A stretch of 64,000 nucleotides of DNA, taken from NCBI RefSeq assembly GCF_006345805.1, contig NC_042999.1, forward strand, positions 112,778,001 to 112,842,000. The letters run 5' to 3'. The translations under genes were made by a program, and so were the position numbers. The notes under the pieces are model-generated. The model was given only the letters and a program-made list of their open reading frames with translations. It had not been told where the DNA came from and ran no database searches. Source of the DNA: Octopus sinensis. Taxonomy: Eukaryota. Below, piece by piece: positions 15,942-28,379 of the stretch (position 1 is its first letter; each line of letters opens with the position of its first letter).

Positions 15942-17124
15942 AGGCGAGGTAGATCTATTGCGTACACACACACTCACATTATATATACATATATAACGCA
16001 ATCATATATTCACATGATCTGACGGACATATACACATATAGACACACACCCAGATGATGCGGCAACTTTCTAGGAAACACATACATATACGCACTTAGAC
16101 ATACACACACACACACACACACACTGACCTACGTAGACGTATGTATGTACACACCTACATGTACTGAGACTACTTTTCGATATCTACGTTCTCACAACTT
16201 CTAGACAACACCTCGAACGTTCACTCATCTGATTGTTTGGGTTTTATTTTTTTTTAAATGTACTGGAGTGGATTGAGATGGGAAAAAAGAGAAACACCAA
16301 GCTTGCTTTGTTTTGATTTATAATTAGCGTCAATAACTGTGACTATTGGGTTTACGTAATACTTTTTTTTTTCCTTTTAACACCTGCTAGTTGATTCATT
16401 ATTTTTTAATATATATTTACGTAAACAAATATGTATATAAATAATTCAAACTATAACTTTGTTCCTCAAACACTATTGTCTCAGATTAAAAGTGTCTAAA
16501 TATATATGATGGGCCCCTACATAGACTGATAAAACGTGTGTATATATATATATACATAAACACACAAGAGATGTGTGCTGCCGTTCGATCTCCTATAAAT
16601 AGCCCCCATATCTCCCTATTGCCTTCAAAAGGAGAAAGGTGTTCGATAATGCAGTCCTAGGTAACGATATCATTAAAAATGCGGATTCAGGTAAAATGTT
16701 TTTAATCATAGTTCCGCTCATCCTAGATTAACCTGAACAAAACAACTACATGTTTAGATTTACGTGAGTGACCATTTATTTCATTAGGCACTTGAGAAGA
16801 ACATTATCTGCCTCAGAGACATCCCAGTTGATCAAGGTCTTCGAAAGTAAAAGACAAAAAAAAAATCAAAATAAATGGTCCGCTTTCAAATTTTCTACTT
16901 GAGAATGCGCGTAAATCAAAAATAAAAAACAGGAAAAAAACAACAAAGTCAATTAGACAAAGAATATATTGATACACAGTGAAAAATTTTTTTATAGGAA
17001 AATAGGAGTGGACACGACATTTCGAGCATGACACTTCATTGAAAAGAGGAATGTTGACCTGCTCACCAGGTCAACGTGATGTAAAGTGCATTGTGGTCAG
17101 TGATATATAACAACATCCAAAATA

Positions 17125-17528
17125 GGTGCAGGCATGGTTGTGTGGTAAGAACTTTGAGTTCTGCCAGCTCGCAGCAAGACGGCAAGCTAGTAGAAACGTT
17201 AGCACGATGGGCGAGTCGCTACGTTCTGAGTTCAAATTCCGCCGAGGTCAACTTTGTCTTACATCCTTTTGGGGTCAATTAAATAAGTACCAGTTACGCA
17301 CTGGGGTAGATATAATCAACTTAATCTGTTTGTCTGTCCTTGTTTGTCCCCTCTGTGTGTAGCCCCAGCCCCTTGTGGGCAGTAAAGAAATAAGAAGTTT
17401 GATTCTCAACCATACGGTTTGAGTTCCTGTTGTGTGGCATTTTGGGCAAGTGATTTCTATTATAGCTTCAGACCAACAAAAGACCTGTAAGTGGAATTTG
17501 TAAATGGAAACTGAAAGAATTCCATCAT

Positions 17529-17530
<2 letters not shown>
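17125..17530 (+). mobile_element. Nested SINEs (one family inserted in the head of another)
   Basis: ggcatggttgtgtggtaagaa head, interrupted by the ctgagttcaaattccgccgaggtc family, resumes at ~17396 after a repeated taagaa. Confidence 0.6.
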
Positions 17531-17559
<29 letters not shown>

Positions 17560-17739
17560 GGGTTGTTGGTGTGTTTACGTCTCCATAACTTAGCATAAGA
17601 AACCAATGGGTTAAGTACCAGGCTTAAGAAATAAATCCTGGTGTGGGGGGTTCAGTCTTTTTCAACTAAAGTTTTTCAAGGTGGTGCCCAAGCATGCCTG
17701 CAGTCTAATGAGTGAAACATGTAAAAGACCTCTTGGGAG

Positions 17740-18010
17740 AATCTGGCCCCCAGGCCATTCCATGTTTGGGAAGTTAAGGTCACCCAAAAGAAATACATTA
17801 ATGTATTTTTCAAGTTTGAGGAGAACTTCTATCTTTGCTAGGCAGTCTTCAAATTTGCCTGTATGACTCGGAGCATCTGGTGGACGATATGTAGTACATA
17901 TAACAATATTAACTTTGTCTTATGTGTACAATTTGAGTGTCACACACTGAATTTGAATATGACAGCAGGACCTGGGGTGTGAGGACCTCTCAGATGTACA
18001 CAACAACTCC
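17740..18010 (-). mobile_element. CR1-like LINE APE endonuclease fragment
   Basis: Minus strand reads ICTTYRPPDAP...VFLLGDLNFPNMEW. Confidence 0.7.
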
Positions 18011-18032
18011 ACCATATTTATGTATATATATA

Positions 18033-18330
18033 TCATCAGCATCATCGTCATTTAACGTCCACTTTCCATGCTGGCATGGGTTGGACGATTTGACTGAGGA
18101 CTGGTGAGCCAGAAGGCTGCACCAGGCTCAGTCTGATCTAGCAAAGTTTCTACAGCTGAATGCCCTTCCTAATGCCAACCACTCTGAGAGTGTAGTGGGT
18201 GGTCTTACATGCCACCAGCACGTGGGTCAGTCAGGCGGTTCTGGCAACAACCATGCTTGAAAGGTGTTTTTTATGTGCTACCTGCATGGGGGGCAGTCCA
18301 GCGGCACTGGCAACGACAACGCTCATCTTG
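18033..18330 (-). mobile_element. RTE LINE 3'UTR-derived repeat
   Basis: Same sequence as the 3'UTR at 37760-38225; ends in (CAT)n on plus strand. Confidence 0.7.
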
Positions 18331-18725
18331 AATTCAATTCTGCTCTTAAGTATTTTGTTATGTCCCTGGGCAATCATCATCATCATTATTATTTAACATC
18401 CATTGTCCATGCTGGCATGGGTTGGAAATAGTCACTAACTTCATTGGACATGTTACTTACAAGAGATAAAAATTCTGATCAGGTGTATTACTCACGACTT
18501 GATGCTATAAAATTAGAGCTGCACACTAGCTCTCAATTTAGAGGATACATGCTACAGAAACTAGTACACAAATGGAACAAAACTTATTGTTCTTTTTACA
18601 AGTGCTTGTTTCATTGATAGTTATTTAGTTCCAGAACAAGTAAGCACATTATGGAAAAGCATTCAAATCACAATCACCCATTATACACTGTAATACCTAT
18701 GCATGTATATATATATATATGTATG

Positions 18726-18779
<54 letters not shown>

Positions 18780-18804
18780 GTATATTATATATATATTATA
18801 TATA

Positions 18805-18841
<37 letters not shown>

Positions 18842-18861
18842 TATAGTATATATATATATAT

Positions 18862-18903
<42 letters not shown>

Positions 18904-19067
18904 GGGTGTGTGTGATTGTGTATAGAAGAATATATTAATAAAAAGAATTCCAACCTTGTCTGATTTTCACGTTTTATTTACAATCTTATAATGATATATT
19001 ATAAGATAATATATTATAATTGAATAAAATAAAATGAAATAGTAGAATGTTAAATATTCATTCTGAT

Positions 19068-19112
19068 TGAACTAGTACTTTCATGCATTGAATTCTGCAA
19101 TCTTCGGGTTCA
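19068..19112 (-). ncRNA. Hammerhead-like fold in left pLTR
   Basis: UGAAC-CCGAAGA-uUGCA..UGCAu-GAAA-GUAC-UA-GUUCA; U4 replaced by C. Confidence 0.55.
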
Positions 19113-19926
19113 TGTAGTAGTGTTGACAGTCATGCTTCACAATTTTTGACTGTAGCAAGATGATTGATTCTGTGCTATAAATACAGCTGGGTAGGCTCCA
19201 GAGTGCTAGGTTTTGCAAACAGTATTCTGACCAATCAGTGTGTAGTATCACTCAATTACTTAAGCTGATTGGTTGGTTGAGCTGATTGGTTTAGGCGTCA
19301 CGCTTTGTTGGACATGTCAAGAGTCCTGTATCTTGACCCTGGCCGAAGCAGCAATTGTTGGGTTATTTTTAGAAATGTTGTAAATATCCTTTGTCAGAGA
19401 TTTTTATATTTTTATATTTCAATTGTCATCATCATCATTGTCAGCACCTTAATTATTGTTGCTAGTGGTGATGGTTATGGCAATAGAACTTTTAACCCTA
19501 AATAAGATAATTTTCCTGCTATCTTCGTCTTGATCACCTTTAGTATTGTTGTTGTTGTTAGTGGTCATGGTCGTAGCAGTGGAAGTAATACCTCTAAGTA
19601 TTATTATTATTATTATTGCTTATTTAGCTTGGGTTCGAATTTTCAATAAAATCTTTTCTCTGATTTTCCTCTCGATTTCACTGGGGCTGTGTAATTTGTA
19701 GAATGGAAATATTATATATATTTTCCGACCACATGTTGCTAGGTGGTTACTCAAAGGTATCTGACGGACCTCTGGGTCTCTAATCTGTTGCCGGTGTACA
19801 CGTGAGCGTTCTAATAGTGCGTTTCCCGTCTGACCTACATATATTTCTTCATTAATATATTCTTCTATACACAATCACACACACCCATATATATATATTC
19901 TATATTCCTATTGTGTATATGCCAAC

Positions 19927-21209
19927 ATGTCTGGAAAGCAACAAACAAAATTAACAGAATCAGAAAGAATTCTAATGGAAATTTCATCGAAATTATCAAC
20001 ACTCATCACGATGATTGACACACAATCCTCTATTTTAAAGGAAATAGAAAAACAGTCTACAGACGGAAAACTTGGAAATGAACACATAAACTCTGAAATT
20101 AAGAATTTAGCTGAAATGATACCAACAATTATAAAATCTACAAGAGAAGCCTACCACAACCTCCTTGGATGTCAGAAATAAACGAAAGAAATCTGGAAAA
20201 AGAGGCACACCGAAAAAGAGAAGAGATACAGAAGACATGGAAAAAACTCCTTAACATAAGAAAACAAAACTTCTGGAAGGCATATAAATGCGAAAAATAT
20301 GCTGAAATACATTCGAAATGGATATCTTTAGCGGCACCCATACTTCCTCGGAAGTACCTAATTAAAGAAATTGCAGGAGAACCAGAGGAAGAAACTAAAC
20401 TTCGATGGGACCTTAGTTTGATAAAATTCAGGACCGACATCTCCATTACCCTGTCTAAACAATCCCGCTACAAAGCCAAATACGAAGCTATCGATGATCA
20501 AATCAGAGATGAAATATCCAAACTAACGACCGGCAATATAGCAGAAAAAATGCGAGAACTATGGATCAGAGATATCTCAAAAGAAGAAAGCAGATCAAGA
20601 AAGTTTTGGCAGCGGAAACAATTATTTCTCGACAAATATGCTACTAACTACGGTAAAGACAACAGAGCTCCGAGAAATAGCATTAAAAGTGGACAACCTC
20701 ACCAACGCAACATACACCAGAACACGTGGCAACATGAACACCTGTTTCACCACGAATCGAAGACGAACTACGGTAAGAACTCTTCCCATTTTGTATGCAA
20801 ACACCCCAATGCACACAACATGAACAAAAAGCACAAACAAAATAGATATTGTTTTGAACAGACCATTAGCAGTAGAAATAACAGGAGATCATTTTCAAGA
20901 CCTCAACAGAGATTACCCACAAGAAACTGGACAAAAAACCGATCTAGATCTAGAAGTAAACCCAGATCATTTCTCCAGGTGGTTAAAAACAATGCTAACA
21001 AGAAATTGAAAAGTAGCATACATAATACCAAAAACAAGACAGAAAACATAACGAAACCAAGTAAAGTACCACAACCAAAACGCAAAATTCATCAAGCAAA
21101 CATCAACAGGAATATAAATCATAACCGAAAAAAATCCATTTTTTTACGTCAGGACAACAAACACCGGAGAAAGAAAAAATCCAAGAGGAAACATACCCCA
21201 AACAACTGA
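19927..21209 (+). CDS. PLE upstream ORF (helical N-half, basic/RS-rich C-half), one frameshift near 20115-20178
   Basis: ORFs 19927..20181 and 20169..21209 overlap in different frames; ATG follows the leader directly. Confidence 0.6.
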
Positions 21210-21219
21210 ACGTATAGAT

Positions 21220-23448
21220 CCTAAAATAATTAATTTATCAAAAAGAGATCTTGACAATGATGAAATCCAACTTCTGTCAAAAGGACTGAAATTCACACCT
21301 ACACCAACAGCCAACCACCAAGAATTAAAGGAGGATATCCAAATTCTGTCGAAAATTACGACTTGTAGAATTCTTCGCTAACAAAAGTAATGAGATTGAT
21401 GAATCCCTAGTAAGGAATAAATCAAATTTCACCCCACCAAAAGGAAAATAACTACCTTGACCAATACATTGATATCCTGTCTAAATTTCCCCTTAGACGC
21501 AATACCAATGTTAGGCCAAACATTAGCAAATCAGAGATGTCTGCATGTAAACGTATACAAAACGATCAAACAATAATAATTAAACAAGCAGATAAAGGTG
21601 GTGCAATTGTTATTATGGATACCGAATACTATAAGGATTTGGTTGAAGACCAACTGAAGGATACAACCTTCTATTGTGAAATACCCGCAAATATAGACCA
21701 CCACATCATGAAAAAGATCAACAACCTGATTTCAACACACCACAACTCACTTACGGATAATGAAAAAGACTACATCACCAATTTTGAACCAAAACCCAGC
21801 AACTTCTACGGCTTACCAAAAATACACAAATCAAAAAACATTCAACAGGCAGTAAAAGAACAAGAAAGTGAGTACATAAAATTATTACATCCAAAAGACC
21901 TAAAACTTAGACCTATTATAGCTGGTCCAGCATGCCCTACACACCGTCTAAGCAATTTTATTGACATTGTTTTGAAACCACTATGTACTTACATACCAAG
22001 TTTCATCAGGGATGACATCGACTTCCTGTCCCATCTTCCCAAAACAACAGAAACAAATTCAGTTTTACTAAGTTTTGATGTGGTAAGCCTCTACACCAAT
22101 ATTCCACACGATTTAGGAATAAAGGCGATTAAATACTGGTTAGAAAAACATAGAGAAGTGATTCCAGCAGATTCACAGTGCCTTTTATATTAGACACAGT
22201 CAAGCTTATTCTAGAAAATAACACATTCTTCTTCAATGGAAAGAATTACATCCAAATTAGAGGCACGGCGATGGGAACGAGGTTTGCTCCCGTTTACGCC
22301 AACTCTGTAATGGGATACTTAGAAGAACAACTCTACCAAGAGGTGGAGGTAAACTATGGCACTGGGTTTAGAAAGTATATTGAAAAGGCATGGAAGAGAT
22401 ACCTAGACGACTGTTTCATAATCTGGACAGAATCTCTAAATACTCTGGAAGAGTTCAATATCCTCCTGAACAACCTACACCCATCTCTCCAATTTACAAA
22501 GGAGATGAGTAGTACCAAATTACCATTCCTGGATATAATGGTAATTAAAAAAGACACCACCATCACCACAGATATATACTATAAACACACAGACACACAT
22601 CAATACCTAAATTTTAAGTCGTGCCATCCACCACATACAAAACGTAACATCCCATACTGCCTAGCCAGAAGAATTTGTACTATTGTAGAAGATGCAAATA
22701 TCAGGAACAGGAACCGCCTAATAGAACTAAGAGAATTTTTGCTCAAACAAAAATACCCATCTCTACTTATAGAAAATGGCATACAGCGGGCTATAAAAAT
22801 ACCTATACAACAACTTAGGACAACCCAAGGAAGAGGAAAACAAGAACAAGTCATACCATTCATAGTGACACACAACCCATGTCACCAGAATATCTTCAAC
22901 ATTGCCAAAGCAAACCTACCAATCATTGCCCAAAGTAATGAATTAAAAGACATAATCACGGATCGAGCTATGGTGCTTAGTAAAAGACAGCCTAAAAACT
23001 TGAAAACATTACTAACAAAGGCAAAATTTGACCTCAGCAACAAAGACCAAACATTCACGGTATCTAAATGCAATGATAGCCGATGTGGCACATGCCAATT
23101 CATACATACCGGTCAATATATAAACACAAAAACCGGGAAAATATTCACAAACGCGAATATGAACTGCAAAAGCAGAAATTTAATTTACTGCATCAATGCC
23201 CAAATTGTGAAGAAATATATGTAGGTCAGACGGGAAACGCACTATTAGAACGCTCACGTGTACACCGGCAACAGATTAGAGACCCAGAGGTCCGTCAGAT
23301 ACCTTTGAGTAACCACCTAGCAACATGTGGTCGGAAAATATATATAATATTTCCATTCTACAAATTACACAGCCCAAGTGAAATCGAGAGGAAAATCAGA
23401 GAAAAGAATTTTATTGATAAATTCGAACCCAAGCTAAATAAGCAATAA
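21220..23448 (+). pseudogene. PLE reverse transcriptase + GIY-YIG endonuclease, frameshifted in this assembly
   Basis: Continuous RT-EN homology across shifts at ~21342, ~21449, ~22170 and ~23198; stop at 23446-23448. Confidence 0.9.
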
Positions 23449-23944
23449 TAATAATAATAATACTTAGAGGTATTACTTCCACTGCTACGACCATGACCAC
23501 TAACAACAACAACAATACTAAAGGTGATCAAGACGAAGATAGCAGGAAAATTATCTTATTTAGGGTTAAAAGTTCTATTGCCATACCATCACCACTAGCA
23601 ACAATAATTAAGGTGCTGACAATGATGATGATGACAATTGAAATATAAAAATATAAAATCCTCTGACAAGGATATTTACAACATTTCTAAAAATAACCCA
23701 ACAATTGCTGCTTCGGCCAGGGTCAAGATACAGGACTCTTGACATGTCCAACAAAGCGTGACGCCTAAACCAATCAGCTCAACAACCAATCAGCTTAAGT
23801 AATTGAGTGATACTACACACTGATTGGTCAGAATACAGTTTGCAAAACCTAGCACTCTGGAGCCTACCAGCTGTATTTATAGCACAGAATCAATCATCTT
23901 GCTACAGTCAAAAATTGTGAAGCATGACTGTCAACACTACTACA

Positions 23945-23988
23945 TGAACCGAAGATTGCAGAATTCAATGCATGAAAGTACTAGTTCA
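23945..23988 (+). ncRNA. Hammerhead-like fold in right pLTR
   Basis: Same as the left copy but one C shorter in the core. Confidence 0.5.
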
Positions 23989-24117
23989 ATCAGAATGAAT
24001 ATTTAACATTCTACTATTTCATTTTATTTTATTCAATTATAATATATTATCTTATAATATCATTATAAGATTGTAAATAAAACGTGAAAATCAGACAAGG
24101 TTGGAATTCTTTTATTA

Positions 24118-24182
<65 letters not shown>

Positions 24183-24212
24183 TATATATATATTATATAT
24201 ATATATATATAT

Positions 24213-24625
24213 CATCATCATCATCATTTAACGTCCGCTTTCCATGCTAGCATGGGTTGGACGAGTTTGACTGAAGGCTGGCAAGCCAGATGGCTGCACC
24301 AGGCTCCAATCTTGATCTAGCAGAGTTTCTACAGCTGGATGCCCTTCCTAATGCCAACCACTCCGAGAGTGTAGTGGGTGCTTTTTACGTGCCACCAGCA
24401 CAGGGGCCAGTCAGGCGGTACTGGCAATGACCTCGCTCGAATTTTTTTACACGTGCCAGTGAAGCAACGTTGGTAACGATCATGCTCAACTGGTGCCCTT
24501 ATACGTGCCACGAGTACGGAAGCCAGTTGGCTACTCTGGCAACGATCACACTCGGATGGTACTCTTGGCATCCTACTAGCACAGGCATGAGTGCCAGTAA
24601 GGCAATGCTGGTAACGATCATACTC
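24213..24625 (-). mobile_element. RTE LINE 3'UTR-derived repeat
   Basis: (CAT)n-tttaacgtccgctttccatgctagcatgggttgg family. Confidence 0.75.
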
Positions 24626-24648
24626 GAATATATATATATATATTATAT

Positions 24649-24679
<31 letters not shown>

Positions 24680-24828
24680 ATATACAAGGGTGGATCAAAA
24701 AGTTCGCGGAAAGTTTTTAATGGCAGTAAAATTATCAAGTTTAAACAAGTTAAAACATGTCAGAACACTTTACTGAGTGTTTACCTTGCTTTTAGTTACC
24801 TGCAATCAGTTTCATACAAGCCACTGTA

Positions 24829-26060
24829 TTGTTCAGACTAATCACATTCCTAGAAGAAAACGACTTGCTGACTGACACCCAGTATGGATTTCATCCAGGT
24901 AGAAGCTGTTTGACACAGCTCCTGCAACGCTATGACTGGGTGTTAAAACAACTGCTGAATGACTCAAGCATGGATGTGATATATCTCAACTTTGCAAAAG
25001 CCTTTGACAAAGTTGAACATGGTATGATATGTCACAAACTGTGTGATCTCGGCATATGCGGAAAACTTGGAGAATAGCTGCACAACTTTCAAAAGGATAG
25101 ACGTAAGGCAGGAGTGGCCAATGGAGCCACCTCCAAGGAAACACAAATAGCAAGTGGTGTTCCACAGGGCACTGTCTTGGGGCCACTGCTGTTCATAGTG
25201 GCCCTATCAGACATGCATTTGGCTGCTCAGGTAGCTACTCTTGCTACCTATGCAGATGACACAAAAGTCTCTCAGACAATACAAAATCCTGAAAATATTG
25301 CACATCTGCAACAGGAGTTGGACACAATATACAAGTGGGCTGAGGACAACAACATGCATTTAATGCAGGAAAATTCCAGGCCCTACACTACCAGCACACA
25401 AAGCTAAACGACATGCAGACAGGATACACTGTCCCAGGAGTAACTGAAATCACTGAATCAAAACCAGTGCATGACCTGGACAATGATATGAGAAATGATG
25501 CATCTTTTCAAGTGCATATTACCAATTTGGTAATAAGATGCAGACGGATGGCTGGTTGGATCCTCCAAACTTTCAAAACAAGTGAAAAGGAGACATTGAT
25601 GATCCTTTGGAGAATATACATCCTCAGCCACTTGGACTGTTGCTCCCAATTATAGTCACCACACACTATAAAGTCCACAGTGGAACTCACAGCAATCCAA
25701 TGAAGCTACACTAAGAAAATTGTATATACATACACATCTAGAAAATCATAGAGGCCTTGTACCAAACTTTGTCATTGAAAGTTACTCAAACTGCAGAATG
25801 GAGCGCCACTGCATAGTGCCAAAGATCCCAGCAACACCATTAAAATACAGGACCGGATACTGCAATAGCTTGAGCTTCAGAAGCCCACAGCTTCTCAATA
25901 TCCTTCCAAAATGCCTGAGAAGCCTGTATGGTGTGGCTGTAAGTGTCTTTAAAACAAAACTGGATCTCTTCCTGTCAAGGGTTCCAGACAAACCTACCTC
26001 ATAGCAGGAAACACAGATGAGGGCAGCTGCATCAAACTCCCTCATTGACCAAATGCCACA
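24829..26060 (+). mobile_element. CR1-like LINE, 5'-truncated RT pseudogene
   Basis: QYGFHPGRSCLTQLL, YLNFAKAFDKV, SGVPQGTVLGPLLF, YADDTK, FKTKLDLFL; stops and frameshifts. Confidence 0.9.
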
Positions 26061-26189
26061 TATTAGAGGTTTCAAATATTGGTTCAGCTCAGTCAACGGT
26101 GATGCCCCAGTATAACTGCAGCTTTGAAGCTGAAACATTTTTAAAGATTTGAAGATTTATATATATGTATGTATATATCTCACGCCTGT

Positions 26190-26465
26190 TTTCATTCCTC
26201 CACTTTACACTGTATTTTATGCTAAAACAAGAACATGACAAACAATCTTCTAGTTCCGCTAAAGTTTCTCAACCAAACAAGAAAAGAAGACGATCTTCAA
26301 CCTCATTTCAGATTCCTCAGCCAAAGAAAAAAAGGAAGATGTTCTTTGTGTGACCCAAAAGAAGACAGGAAATCTTGTATAACATGTAAGAATTGTAATA
26401 TCCATGTTTGCCAAGAACATTCCAATGCTGTCTGCATTCACTGCCATGAAGTGCTGCAATTCTGT
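26190..26465 (+). mobile_element. piggyBac transposase C-terminal cysteine-rich domain remnant
   Basis: RCSLCDPKEDRKSCITCKNCNIHVCQEHSNAVCIHC preceded by basic patches. Confidence 0.65.
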
Positions 26466-26685
26466 ATTTCTGCAATTTTTTAAATTTATAATGTATTCTG
26501 TAAGCAGTATTTTTTTATTAAAATTTCTGAGAAACAGTAATTCTTCATTCACTTGATAGCATATATAATGTAGCTAAGAAATAGTGGTAGTTTGAATAAA
26601 ATTTAATTCAAAGGAAAATATTGGGTTCATAGGAGCCTGTTGGTAATTAATGACACACATTTTCTCCAGTAGAACAAAGGTTGAA

Positions 26686-27095
26686 GAAAACTGGGTATAA
26701 TAGGCATCAGATGTTGTGTGCTAGAAAGAAGACTGCATTGGTTTGGTCATGTGATGTGTATGAATGTAGACAGCTGCATAAAGAAGTTCTAAGCTCTAAT
26801 TGTGGAGGGTACCTGTGGAAGGGGTAGACCCAGGAAGACATGGAATAAAGTGGTGAGAAAGGATCTTCAGACATGGATCCTCACTGAGGAAATGACAAGA
26901 GATCAGGAGTTGAGGCAATTTGCTGTTCATGAGAAGACATGTCAAGCTAAGTAAAATTGCTGTCATCCATATATACATGTTTTGTCCTTTACAGGCGCTG
27001 GTGCCACATAAAATGCACTTGTGCCAGTGTTACGCAAACACATGTGCCAGTGGCATGTACAAAACACCCTGCACACTCTGTGAAGCTGTTGGTTG
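26686..27095 (+). mobile_element. RTE LINE 3' end
   Basis: LHWFGHV...VEGTCGRGRPRKTW. Confidence 0.75.
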
Positions 27096-27199
27096 AAACA
27101 TTTTTACACATGGCAACTGTGAGAGTTGGTCTGTTCTTTTAGTACATACTCTATGATGTTGGAGACAAAGAAAGCAATTTCAAAGTATTTTCAGTAAAA

Positions 27200-28090
27200 G
27201 AGCTGCAAACAAGATCATCTAATGTTAATAAGTGGTAGATAGGAGGATTCTGTAATGTCAGTAAAGACTTTTTAACTGAATGGCTCTGATACCATTTAAT
27301 TGGTGGGAGGACTTGCTAGCTCAGCAATGCATGAAGGCTTCTTTACATTTCCAATCATAGTCTAACAGGTGTTGTCATGATGGTTTGAATTCTCCTAATA
27401 AGTGATGGTGGGTGACTTTCTCCAAATGCTGTAAGCAATGTTCTTTGATACTGCCATACTGCTATAGTACAGCTATGGATTTTGAAATTTTAGGCTTTGG
27501 TTGAATGATGGATATAAAATGGCATACCTAAAAGGATGATTTCAATGAGCTGCTTAGTTATCTCAGATGTACCAGGCATAAAAATACTTTTGCTGCTTAA
27601 TGTAATCAGTATAGAATAGGAAAAATTTTAGCTGATTTGCTGATTTAAAGTACCAGATGGTTCAAGAGTGTAAATATTGTTTTCAAATTTTGCCACAAAG
27701 CCAGCAGATTCAGGGGAGAGGCTAAGTTGACTATATCAACCCCAGTGCTCAGCTGGTACTTATTTTATTGAACCCAAAAGAATGAAAGGCAAAGTCAACC
27801 TCAGCAGGAGTTGAACTCAGAACATAAAGATGAACAAAATGCCACTAAGCATTTTGCCTGGTGTGCTTATGATTCGGCCAGTTCACTGCCTTCGAGAGTT
27901 TAAATATTGAGTGATAAGATGTGAGGTGTGTTGCATAGATTAGACAATTTGTTGTGTGCAGATAGAGGTGCCTGAGGTTGGTGGTTAGAAAGTTCAGAAA
28001 GGTAAACCATTCAGACACTGAAGCAACAGTGCAGTATAGGAGGTGTGCAAATGCAAGGAGTTGTATGCATTCAAAACTCATGATTTCATA
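27200..28090 (-). mobile_element. Heavily decayed LINE RT interrupted by a SINE (~27660-27890)
   Basis: Weak LINE-like translation on minus strand; SINE copy clear. Confidence 0.35.
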
Positions 28091-28379
28091 GAGAGGTGAA
28101 ATAGGAGTCTATGATACAGGCAGTACCAACCAGAAGGGTATCAGTTTTAAAATGTACCAAGGGACCAATCACTAATTAAAAAAAAAGTTTTCCAAATTAC
28201 AGAAAGCATTTCTGAATTATAATTATTAGGTATAGTTGTGTGTTTACAATAGTTAGTTGTCTAATACACATATGAATGAAAACAGTCTTTTGCATTCTTT
28301 AGTGTTTGTGGTACTTGATGATATTGTAATATTTCTATTTATATTATCAGGAGACTCATGGAAAAGAGAGACTTTAAAC

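Larger units (their letters stand above)
18892..24122 (+). mobile_element. Penelope-like retroelement (Neptune-type) with inverted pseudo-LTR, in (TA)n
   Basis: PLE N-domain IINLS..LLSKGLKFTPTP. RT motifs YGLPKIHK, LRPII, SFDVVSLYTNIP, GTAMG, RYLDD, PFLD. Linker CNDSRCGTC. GIY-YIG LIYCINCPNCEEIYVGQT with two His. 18939-19851 is the reverse complement of 23208-24122. Confidence 0.95.

Noticed and set aside
17016-17046. Minus-strand CAAUGAAG...GCUCGAAAUGUC hammerhead-like remnant
   Set aside because: Core is not CUGANGA and stems I and II do not pair
19620-19874. 84-aa GIY-YIG-like ORF on minus as a separate endonuclease gene
   Set aside because: It is the inverted pLTR copy of the PLE 3' end; its start comes from the fold-back junction
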